Source: Myxococcota bacterium (GTDB taxonomy: Bacteria > Myxococcota_A > Polyangia > Polyangiales > Sandaracinaceae). Taken from it: a stretch of DNA of 64,000 nucleotides. The notes under the pieces were generated by a model. It searched no databases. It was not told where the DNA came from and was given only the letters and a program-made list of their open reading frames with translations. Positions 30,026 to 37,730 of this stretch are shown in pieces. The stretch is taken from positions 12,076 through 76,075 of the forward strand of contig JAYZQJ010000081.1 in the NCBI GenBank assembly GCA_036149055.1, given 5' to 3'. Every line of letters begins with the position of its first letter. The first letter of the stretch is position 1. The translations under genes and the position numbers were made by a program.

Positions 30026-32047
30026 TCATCGACCGCAGCGGTTCTCGATCTCCTGGAAGTAGAAGGGGAGCTCGTCCCGCCACCACTCGCCGTCCCAGGG
30101 CCAGAGCTGATCTCCCTGCACGGCGACGATGCGCCCGCCGGTGGGCGGCTCCATCGGGGCGGGGTTCGGGCGCTCGAGCTCCATGCGGCGCTGGGTGGCC
30201 AGCTCGAGCTCGATGGTGTCCATCTGGTTCATGCGCTCGCGCAGCTCGGCGACGACGCGAGCGAGGCGCTCGCGCGCCATCTCGCCCGTCCGGTCCACCG
30301 CGAGCGAGCGCAGGACGGCGAGGTCGGCGGCGACGCGGGTGTGGAGGCTCGTCTCGAGCGAGCCGGCGAGGACGCGGCCCAGGCGGCGCTGCTCGCGGTC
30401 GAGGGCCCGCACCTCCTCGAGGTGCCGGAGGAGCGTGCGCTCGTCGAAGGCGGCGCGCACCGCGGCGCGGGCGGGCCCCGGCACCCGGGAGTTGTGCGCG
30501 CGCACCGCGACGAGCATGCGGAAGGCGTCCTCGTTGCGCTGCGCCATGCGCAGGGCGCGCTCGGCGGCGTCGAGCTGCGGGTCGAAGCGGGCGTGGAAGC
30601 CCGAGAGGCCGTGCTCGACCGCGTCCCACTGACAGTGCTCGAACTGGATCATCGAGCGCACCACCAGCGCCTCCGGGTGCGCGCGCTCGCGGAAGTAGGG
30701 GGACTGGAGCGCGTGCACGTGGCCGAGGGCGCGGGCCGGCTGGCCGGCGACGTAGAGCGCCCAGGTCTCCTCGAAGAACGAGTCGAGCCAGTACTCCGAC
30801 TCGAGCGGGATGTTGCGCCACGCGGCGATGGCGTGACCGAGCAGCTCGGAGGCGTGGGCGTCGCGCCCCGACGGCTGCTGCATCGCGAGGCTGTAGTAGA
30901 GCCGCGCCACGCTCATCCAGGCGAGGTCGCGCATGCGGGCCGGCTCGTCGTGGCCGCCGGTGCGACCGGACTCGACCGCATCGATCACCCGACCGAAGGC
31001 GCGCAGCGCGGGCTGGGCCGAGCGCATCCGGACGTGGGCGATGCCCTCGAAGAAGCGCGCCTCGAGGCCATGCGGGCTCGACTCGGGCACGCCCGACAGG
31101 AGGGCGACCGCCTCGGCGAAGCGCCGCTCGCCGTAGCGCGCGCGGCCGAGGAGGTAGCGCAGGTGGTGGTAGTGACGACGCGTCTCACCTCGATCGAGGG
31201 CGCTGAGCTGGGCGGCGTCGTAGCGGCCGACCGAGGCGATCACCCCGCTCGGCTCCGGCAGCCGCTCGGCGAGCATCGCGAGCCAGGTGAGCGACGCGTC
31301 GAAGTAGGGGTGCGCCGCGCCGCGCTGGGTGACCTCGTCGAAGGCGGCCGCGGACGCGTGGTAGAGGCCCATGTGATAGAGGCACTTCGCGAGGAAGAAC
31401 TCGGCTTGCGACACGCGGTCGGCGCGATCGCCGCTGCGCCCCTCGACCACGCGCTGGAGCGACACGGCGGCCTCGACGTAGCGCTCGCCGGCGTAGTCGC
31501 GCAGCGCCTCGGCCATCGTCTCGCTCGGCGCGCTCGGGCCGCTCGGGATCACCGGCACCGCGCCGACGTCGAGCTGGAGCGGCAGCCGCGCGACCGGGGC
31601 GTCGGCCGGCTTGGCGCGCCGCTCGACCGGCGCGGCGACCGGGCGCGCGGTGGCGGCGGGCGCGGGGGTCGCGACCCGCTCGGGCGCGACCGAGGGCGCG
31701 GCGATCGAGGGCGCGGCGATCGGCGGCGCGGGAATCGAACGCGCAGGGCTCGAGGGCGTGGCGATCGACGCGCGCTCCGGGGGCGCCTTGGGCAGCGGGC
31801 CTCGCGCGACGGGCATATCCACCCGAAGCACGGCTCCGTCGAAGGCCAGTACGACGCCCAGCGCCAGCCCGACGCCGAGGGCCAGGACGGCGAGCGCCTT
31901 GCCGAGCAGCGCGGCGCCGCCGGCCGATCCGAGCGAGGCTCCGGCGCGGGTGAGGGTCGCGGCTCGGGCGTCGGCGAGGATCGCGGGATCGGGGGTCGCG
32001 CCGCGGAGCAGGTCCACGAACGCGTCGAGCTCGGCGTCGCGGCTCAT
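30026..32047 (-). CDS. membrane-anchored TPR protein with a GltC-like C-terminal region, in the anti-sigma position
   Basis: Short N-terminus, TM, Pro/Ala linker, TPRs (AEFFLAKCLYHMG, YLLGRARY, FFEETWA), C-terminal WPWDGEWWRDELPFYFQEIENRC; ATGA overlap with the sigma gene. Confidence 0.75.
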   Translation of the reverse strand: MSRDAELDAFVDLLRGATPDPAILADARAATLTRAGASLGSAGGAALLGKALAVLALGVGLALGVVLAFDGAVLRVDMPVARGPLPKAPPERASIATPSSPARSIPAPPIAAPSIAAPSVAPERVATPAPAATARPVAAPVERRAKPADAPVARLPLQLDVGAVPVIPSGPSAPSETMAEALRDYAGERYVEAAVSLQRVVEGRSGDRADRVSQAEFFLAKCLYHMGLYHASAAAFDEVTQRGAAHPYFDASLTWLAMLAERLPEPSGVIASVGRYDAAQLSALDRGETRRHYHHLRYLLGRARYGERRFAEAVALLSGVPESSPHGLEARFFEGIAHVRMRSAQPALRAFGRVIDAVESGRTGGHDEPARMRDLAWMSVARLYYSLAMQQPSGRDAHASELLGHAIAAWRNIPLESEYWLDSFFEETWALYVAGQPARALGHVHALQSPYFRERAHPEALVVRSMIQFEHCQWDAVEHGLSGFHARFDPQLDAAERALRMAQRNEDAFRMLVAVRAHNSRVPGPARAAVRAAFDERTLLRHLEEVRALDREQRRLGRVLAGSLETSLHTRVAADLAVLRSLAVDRTGEMARERLARVVAELRERMNQMDTIELELATQRRMELERPNPAPMEPPTGGRIVAVQGDQLWPWDGEWWRDELPFYFQEIENRCGR

Positions 32048-32619
32048 CGCTCCACCTTCCCCTTCGCCTTCAGGCGCGCGAGCGCGCGGGAGACCTCGCG
32101 GCGCGCGGCGTAGAGCCGGGCGTAGGCCGTCTGCAGCGGGCAGCCCAGCGCCTCGGCGATCTCGCTCATCGGCTGCTGCTCGACCTCGTAGAGCACGAAG
32201 ATCGCGCGCTTGTCCTCGTCGAGCGCCTCCAGGATCTCGAAGGCCGCGGCGAGCGCGCGCGCCTTCTCCAGATCGTCGTGCGGGGTGCGGCGCTCGACCT
32301 CGAGCTCCGGCGGCTCGGCCACGCTGTCCTCTCGGCGCCGCGCGGCGTCGCGGCGGAGGCTCATCGCCTTGCGCACGCAGATCGCGTAGAGCCACGCGCG
32401 CAGCTTCGACGGCTCCTCGAGCTCGCCGAGGCGACGGTGCACCACGAGGAACACCTCCTGGAGCGCGTCGCCGAGCTCGCGCTCGCGCACCCCGAGGAGG
32501 CGGAGCGTGCGGCCGACGTAGGGCGCGTGGGCGTCGAAGACCTCGGCGAGCTCGGGGCCCGCCGCGTCTCCGGCGGCCACGGCCTCGAGGCTCTCTTCGA
32601 GTGACGCGTCCACGCCCAT
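32044..32619 (-). CDS. ECF RNA polymerase sigma factor
   Basis: DALQEVFLVVHRRL, RAWLYAI, KRAIFVLYEVEQ..MSEIAEALG.PLQT...RL. Confidence 0.93.
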   Translation of the reverse strand: MGVDASLEESLEAVAAGDAAGPELAEVFDAHAPYVGRTLRLLGVRERELGDALQEVFLVVHRRLGELEEPSKLRAWLYAICVRKAMSLRRDAARRREDSVAEPPELEVERRTPHDDLEKARALAAAFEILEALDEDKRAIFVLYEVEQQPMSEIAEALGCPLQTAYARLYAARREVSRALARLKAKGKVER

Positions 32620-32715
32620 TCGTTCCCGGCGGGCCCCGATCTTTTGAAAGTTTTTTTCGGAGGCGTGGGGGAGATCCCGGCAACGCGCGCTCCGGGACCC
32701 CGTCATCGTGCCCCC

Positions 32716-33354
32716 GTGAGCGAGCCCGCGATCATCGGCGTCCTGCGCGAGTGCCTCGAGGCCGAGCTCCCCGGCCAGGCCTCGGGCGCGCTCTTTCGGG
32801 CCCTCTCGCGCTGGGGCTACGCCCCGCAGCGCTTCGTCGAGCTCGTCGACGTGATCCACGGCCCGCTGCGCGAGGAGTTGGCGGCCATCGTCGGCGACGC
32901 GCGGAGCCGCGCCCTCGTGAAGCGGCTCGAGGAGCGCCTCCGGATGTCGGAGATGCCCACCGGCGACGTCGGCCCCGCGCCGCGCGCCCGCTTCGAGGAC
33001 GCGCCCACCCGGACCCTTCGCCGCGAGCGCGGGCCGCTCCCGGTGCAGGTGGTGGCGCAGACCAAGACGATGGCGATCCTCATCTCGACCGCGCTCGGCC
33101 CCGACCGGGTGAAGCCGTCACGCGAGCCGCGGGTGCTGCTCTTCGATCTCTCGGATCCGCCGCAGGCCTGGGATCCGACGCTGCAGCACGTGGCGTCCCG
33201 GGCCGACGTGACCCTGCTCTACGGGGCCGAGGTCGAGGGCGCCCGGGACCTCGAGGAGTGGCTGGTCGAGGGCGGCGCCGAGGTCCGCACGCTCACCTCC
33301 GACCACGGGATGGCGCCGATCCTCGACGTGCTGCGCGCGCGTCAGAACCCGTAG
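32716..33354 (+). CDS. hypothetical protein
   Basis: Coding-like codon usage, no recognised motif. Confidence 0.65.
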   Translation: MSEPAIIGVLRECLEAELPGQASGALFRALSRWGYAPQRFVELVDVIHGPLREELAAIVGDARSRALVKRLEERLRMSEMPTGDVGPAPRARFEDAPTRTLRRERGPLPVQVVAQTKTMAILISTALGPDRVKPSREPRVLLFDLSDPPQAWDPTLQHVASRADVTLLYGAEVEGARDLEEWLVEGGAEVRTLTSDHGMAPILDVLRARQNP

Positions 33355-33935
33355 CCGGCCGCCGACGGGTGGTCGGGGGGCGCGACCCAGATCATCGCCG
33401 GGCAGAACTCGGTGCACTCGAGGCCGGTGTGATCGTGGAGCAGCACGACGTGGGAGTCGTCGCGCCACAGCCGATCGGGCCGTTCGCCGGGCGCGTTCAC
33501 CGCCTCCAGATCGCTCTCGTCGATCACCGCCTCGACCGCGCGCACCCAGTCCGCCATCAGCGCCGGCTCGGTCGGGCCCCAGATCTGGATCGTCTGATCG
33601 TCGCCGACGTGCAGCTGGGTGGCCTGCCCGGCGAGCGGGAGCTCCACGAAGCAGCCGGTCCCGGGCTGCGGGCAGGCCACCTCCGCCCCGAGGCGGCGGC
33701 CGAGCACCGTCGTCCGGGTGTCGGTGGGGGTCGCGCGGAGATCGTAGGCGAGCACCGCGCGCAGCCAGCGCGCCTCGCGAGGCGGCTCGGGCGTGCGGGG
33801 CGCGGGCCGCGCGGGCGCCTCGTCCCGCTCGCTCGGCGCGTCGTCCCCGCCGCCCGAGGGCGCCTCCCCACCGCAGGCCAGGAGGAGCAAGCACGCGGCG
33901 ATCGAGGCGGCGGTCGCATGAGGGAGCTTCGTCAC
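33342..33935 (-). CDS. hypothetical lipoprotein
   Basis: Lipobox LLAC; two Cys pairs (CPQPGTGC, CTEFC). Confidence 0.65.
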   Translation of the reverse strand: MTKLPHATAASIAACLLLLACGGEAPSGGGDDAPSERDEAPARPAPRTPEPPREARWLRAVLAYDLRATPTDTRTTVLGRRLGAEVACPQPGTGCFVELPLAGQATQLHVGDDQTIQIWGPTEPALMADWVRAVEAVIDESDLEAVNAPGERPDRLWRDDSHVVLLHDHTGLECTEFCPAMIWVAPPDHPSAAGYGF

Positions 33936-33999
33936 CCCCCAACGTTGCCGCGCGCTCGCCCGCGACGCACGCGCCCCGGGCGAGTAGGCTGCGTCGACC

Positions 34000-35130
34000 A
34001 TGCGACCGCTCTTCGCGCTCACCCTCGCCTGCCTGCTGGGCTGCGCCGCGCCGTCCACTCCACCGTCGGCCGCGCAGCGCGCGAAGGCGTCGGTGCTCCT
34101 GGGCTTCGCCGACCAGGTCCAGGCCGCGTCCCGGGATCCGGGCGCGTTCGCCGCGCTCTTCGACCGGCGCGCGCTGGCCGAGCGCATGGCGCCGCCGGGC
34201 ATGACCGCCGCGGAGCGGAGCGCCTTCGTGCGCGGGGCCGAGGAGGGGCTCGGCGACAGCCTCGGCGGCTTGCTCCAGGAGATCGCGGCCACGGACTACG
34301 CCTTCCGCGGCGTGGTGTGGCGGGACGGGCTGCCGACGGCGCGGTTCCGCATGGTGGCGCCGGAGGGCGGCTTCAACTTCCACGACATGGCCGTGGTCGT
34401 CGACGAGACCGGCGCGGCCCGCATCGTCGATCTCTACGTCATGACCTCGGGCGAGTACCTCTCGGAGACGATGCAGCGGCTGGCCACGGTGGCCTGGGGC
34501 CAGGGCGGCGCGCTCGGACGGCTGCTCGGTCGCGAGGGGCTCTCGCAGGCGCAGCTCGAGCGGGTCCAGGCGCTGGTGACGGCGTCGAGCGAGGGGCGCG
34601 CCGAGGACGCGCTCGCCGTCTACGAGCAGCTCGATCCGCGGCTGAAGGACCAGTCGTTCGTGCAGCTCATCCGGGTGCAGGCCGGAGCCCAGCTCGCGGA
34701 CGACGGCCGCTACCTCGCCATCCTCGATGACGCCTCCCGGCGGCTGGGCGACGACCCGGCGGTCGAGGTCATGATGCTCGACGCCTACACCCTGCGGCAG
34801 GACTGGGGGCGCTGCGCGACCGCGCTCGAGTCCATCCGCCGCGAGTTCGACGACCCCTTCCTCGACGCGATGCTCGCCCGCACGCTCGCCCAGGACGGCC
34901 GGGCCGCCGAGGGCCTGGCGCTGGCGCGCGAGGCGGTCGCCGAGGAGCCCGGGCTGCTCGACACCCACGACGCGCTGCTCTTCACCGCGCTGGTCGCGGG
35001 CGACGAGGAGACGGCGGCGCGCGCGATGGACCGGCTCGAGTCGGAGTTCGAGGTGGATCGCTTCGCGCTCGCGGCGCAGCCCGGTTACGAGGGCGTGCTC
35101 ACGCTACCCGTCGGCGCGGCGGACGAATAG
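34000..35130 (+). CDS. hypothetical lipoprotein with TPR-like C-terminal half
   Basis: Lipobox LLGC; helical repeats; TAGGCT upstream. Confidence 0.78.
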   Translation: MRPLFALTLACLLGCAAPSTPPSAAQRAKASVLLGFADQVQAASRDPGAFAALFDRRALAERMAPPGMTAAERSAFVRGAEEGLGDSLGGLLQEIAATDYAFRGVVWRDGLPTARFRMVAPEGGFNFHDMAVVVDETGAARIVDLYVMTSGEYLSETMQRLATVAWGQGGALGRLLGREGLSQAQLERVQALVTASSEGRAEDALAVYEQLDPRLKDQSFVQLIRVQAGAQLADDGRYLAILDDASRRLGDDPAVEVMMLDAYTLRQDWGRCATALESIRREFDDPFLDAMLARTLAQDGRAAEGLALAREAVAEEPGLLDTHDALLFTALVAGDEETAARAMDRLESEFEVDRFALAAQPGYEGVLTLPVGAADE

Positions 35131-36174
35131 GCCGAGCCAGAAGGCGCGGAGAGCGTCGAGGATGCGCTGCCCGGTGGGCTCGGCGAGCTCGGCGAGGGGC
35201 GCGCAGACCTCGACGAGGAGCGCGTCGTCGAGGACGGCGGCCACGACGAGCTCCACGTCGCCGCGGGGCAAGCGCTCCCTCGCGACGCCGCGGATCCGGA
35301 GGCGCCGTCCGTCGCTGAGCGCGATCGACGCCGGCTTGCCGGAGAGCACCCGGCCGATCTCCGGGGTGGGGGCGAGATCGTCGGCGAGGGTGGCGGCGAG
35401 GAGCGCGTCGGCGTCGTCGGGCGGCTCGATCGGGCGGAACGCGGCCCAGGCCACGCCGCGGTTGTGGCGCACGAGGCGGGCGACGTCGGGGCTGCCGGGC
35501 ACCTGCGCGCGGGTGACGCCGGCGACGTCGAGCCCGGCGGTGGAGGCGGAGAACCCGATGGGCGGGAAGCCGCGGAGCCAGCTCTCGTGGGGGTGCAGCT
35601 CGAGCGCCTCGACGCGGGCGAGCTCCGGCACGGCGACGTCGGAGATCAGCGCGCCGGGCGTCAGGAGCGGGAGCCCGTCGGCGGCCACGACCCGCGCGCC
35701 GCGCGGCACGTTGCGGAGGGCCAGGAGCGCGCCTCCGGAGGCGCCCTCGTAGACGTCGACCACCGCCGGCGCCGCCTCGAGGGTGCACGCGTCGTCGCCG
35801 TCGAGGATCACGCCCGCGCCCTTGGGGGAGAGCACCGCCCGATCCTTCGCGTGCTCCCAGCGGCCGAAGTAGGCGTGGTCGCCGCCGCCCGGGATGCGCA
35901 CGAGCCGACGCTCGATCGGCGCTCGCTCCGGCCGCTCGAGGCGGAGCCGGAGCTTGCCCTCGTCGTCGACGCGGGCCCTCAGGCGAGGGCCGTCGCCGTA
36001 CCACACGGCCTCGTGGGTCCGGGTGATCGCGAGCTCCCGCCGCGATCCGTCCGCCTCGATCACGCGGAGCCAGGCGGGGCTCAGGGCGATCAGCGGAGGC
36101 GTGAACGGCGCCGTCGCCCCCTCCGCGGTGAGCTGGAGGAGGCGAATGCGCTCGCGTCGGACCGTTCCCCGCAC
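35104..36174 (-). CDS. hypothetical protein
   Basis: Coding-like 3' portion of ORF 35104..36624; start uncertain. Confidence 0.6.
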   Translation of the reverse strand: MRGTVRRERIRLLQLTAEGATAPFTPPLIALSPAWLRVIEADGSRRELAITRTHEAVWYGDGPRLRARVDDEGKLRLRLERPERAPIERRLVRIPGGGDHAYFGRWEHAKDRAVLSPKGAGVILDGDDACTLEAAPAVVDVYEGASGGALLALRNVPRGARVVAADGLPLLTPGALISDVAVPELARVEALELHPHESWLRGFPPIGFSASTAGLDVAGVTRAQVPGSPDVARLVRHNRGVAWAAFRPIEPPDDADALLAATLADDLAPTPEIGRVLSGKPASIALSDGRRLRIRGVARERLPRGDVELVVAAVLDDALLVEVCAPLAELAEPTGQRILDALRAFWLGLFVRRADG

Positions 36175-36218
36175 CCGGGAGGGATATCGCGCCCCGGGAG
36201 AGGGCGACAAGGACCGCC

Positions 36219-36791
36219 TCACGCGGTGGCGTCGAACACGTTCACTTCGAGGGGCGGCCAGGCGAGCCGGGCCATGAAGAGCGCGTGGGCGAGGCCGGCG
36301 GCGCAGGGCACGGTGGCGAGGCCGGCGAGCATGACGCCCTCTTCGTCGCCGAGGAGCGCGAAGGCGAGCACGACCAGCACGTGGTGCACGGCGGACCAGA
36401 CGGCGACCGGGCGGTGGCGCGAGACGCGGCTCGGATCCCGCAGCGCGCGGATGCCCACCCAGACGAGCGCGCCCGAGAGCAGGACGCCCGAGGCGCAGAC
36501 CGCGAGGAGCGAGTAGCCCGCGGCCGGGTCGCCCTCCATCACCATCAGCGCCAGCGCGCTGCCGCCCGGCGCGAAGCCGAAGACGGTGCAGAGCGCCCAG
36601 AACACCCCGAAGCCGGCGCTCCACCGCAGCGCCTCACCGGGGCGCTCCGGCAGCGGCGCGGTCGAGCGCGAGGCCCGGTAGGCGCCCTCCCCGGCCTCGA
36701 CGGTGGCGGCCCGACCGCGGCGCGCGGCGAGGTGGGTGGCGGCGAGCGCGATCCCCGCGAAGGTGACGACCCCGATGAGCAGTGCCAGCAT
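36219..36791 (-). CDS. hypothetical membrane protein (about 5 TM)
   Basis: AGGAGG RBS; hydrophobic helices; GAYR motif. Confidence 0.72.
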   Translation of the reverse strand: MLALLIGVVTFAGIALAATHLAARRGRAATVEAGEGAYRASRSTAPLPERPGEALRWSAGFGVFWALCTVFGFAPGGSALALMVMEGDPAAGYSLLAVCASGVLLSGALVWVGIRALRDPSRVSRHRPVAVWSAVHHVLVVLAFALLGDEEGVMLAGLATVPCAAGLAHALFMARLAWPPLEVNVFDATA

Positions 36792-36807
36792 CTCTCAGCC
36801 TCCTCTC

Positions 36808-36821
36808 CTGAACACGTTCAG
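36808..36821. promoter_or_regulatory. palindromic operator-like site CTGAAC-AC-GTTCAG
   Basis: Perfect 6-bp inverted repeat, AT-rich for this genome, in a divergent intergenic region. Confidence 0.45.
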
Positions 36822-36921
36822 AACATGGCCATCGGGCGCACCGCGTCAAGAGGTCGGCCCCGAGGTCGGGGCGTGGCACGGCGCGGCACAGCGGATCGGC
36901 CACTTCGGGCGACGCGATGCG

Positions 36922-36937
36922 TGGCACGCCGGATGCT
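36922..36937 (+). promoter_or_regulatory. putative sigma54 (-24/-12) promoter of the Cys-rich peptide / ferritin-like operon
   Basis: TGGCACG-CCGG-ATGCT with GG-N10-GC; predicted TSS about 36948, next to ATG 36950. Confidence 0.65.
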
Positions 36938-36949
36938 CTCCGCCGGGGC

Positions 36950-37357
36950 ATGCAGGACGAACGCGTCTCCGCTCGCACCCGGGCGCTGCGCGCCGCGCGG
37001 GCCATGAGCATCGCCGCGGCGCTCGCGCTCGGCCCCGGCTGCTCGATGAGCCACGACTCGCTCGACTCGGGCGTCGACGCGGCCCCGCCGGTAACGGACG
37101 GCGGGATCGTCGACAGTGGGCCGGTCGACAGCGGGCCGGTCGACAGCGGCCCGGTCGACAGCGGCGTCGACAGCGGGCTCGCCGACTCGGGGATCGACGC
37201 GGGGACCTGCGAAGACATCGAGTGGACCGGCAGCTGCTGCGAGCCGATGCCCCGCGAATGCTGCGAGACGACCTTCGTCGGCGAGTGGATCGAGGAGTCG
37301 GGCTGCTGCGCCACCTGCATCGAGGGCCCGCTGACCCCGCCGTCGGCGCCGGTCTGA
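36950..37357 (+). CDS. Cys-rich small lipoprotein / putative RiPP-like precursor, copy 1 (135 aa)
   Basis: RALRAAR leader, GPGC lipobox-like motif, DSG repeats, C-x8-CC-x6-CC-x13-CC-x2-C, IEGPLTPPSAPV. Confidence 0.8.
   Translation: MQDERVSARTRALRAARAMSIAAALALGPGCSMSHDSLDSGVDAAPPVTDGGIVDSGPVDSGPVDSGPVDSGVDSGLADSGIDAGTCEDIEWTGSCCEPMPRECCETTFVGEWIEESGCCATCIEGPLTPPSAPV
37109..37177 (+). repeat. 15-bp coding tandem repeat (VDSGP)n
   Basis: GTCGACAG(C/T)GG units at 37109, 37124, 37139, 37154, 37166. Confidence 0.8.
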
Positions 37358-37368
37358 GAAGGAGAGCC

Positions 37369-37728
37369 ATGGAGACGGAACGAGAGAGCGCCCGGTCGCG
37401 GGCCCTGCGCGCGGCCCGGGTGATGAGCGTCGCGGCCTCGCTCGCGCTCGGCGCGGTGGGCTGCTCGATGAGCCACGCGACGGTCGACTCGGGGGTCGAC
37501 GCGGGACCGAGCGGCGACGGCGCCGTGGCCGACTCGGGGGTCGACTCCGGGATCGACTCGGGGGTCGACGCAGGAGCCTGCGAAGACATCGAGTGGACCG
37601 GCAGCTGCTGCGAGCCGATGCCCCGCGAGTGTTGCGAGACCGCCTTCGGAGGCGGCTGGGACGAGTCGGCCGAGTGCTGCTTCACCTGCGCCGAGGGCCC
37701 CCTGACCCCGCCGTCGGCCCCGGTCTGA
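37369..37728 (+). CDS. Cys-rich small lipoprotein / putative RiPP-like precursor, copy 2 (119 aa)
   Basis: AAGGAGAG RBS; RALRAAR leader, AVGC lipobox, same 8-Cys spacing, AEGPLTPPSAPV; paralog of 36950..37357. Confidence 0.82.
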   Translation: METERESARSRALRAARVMSVAASLALGAVGCSMSHATVDSGVDAGPSGDGAVADSGVDSGIDSGVDAGACEDIEWTGSCCEPMPRECCETAFGGGWDESAECCFTCAEGPLTPPSAPV

Positions 37729-37730
37729 GC

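Noticed and set aside
32620..32660. A/T tract upstream of the ECF sigma gene
   Set aside because: Probably promoter/UP-element DNA, but I could not assign -35/-10 elements with confidence.
36808..36821. Possible Myxococcus-type LexA box
   Set aside because: The half-sites resemble it, but the spacer is 2 nt rather than the 4 nt I recall for that box; kept only as a generic operator.
36874..36889. Second TGGCACG upstream of the peptide operon
   Set aside because: No GC at the -12 position (GG-N10-CA), so not a sigma54 promoter.
37109..37728. Direct repeats that might be a CRISPR array
   Set aside because: The repeats are in-frame coding units and a two-copy gene duplication; there is no repeat-spacer periodicity and no cas gene.
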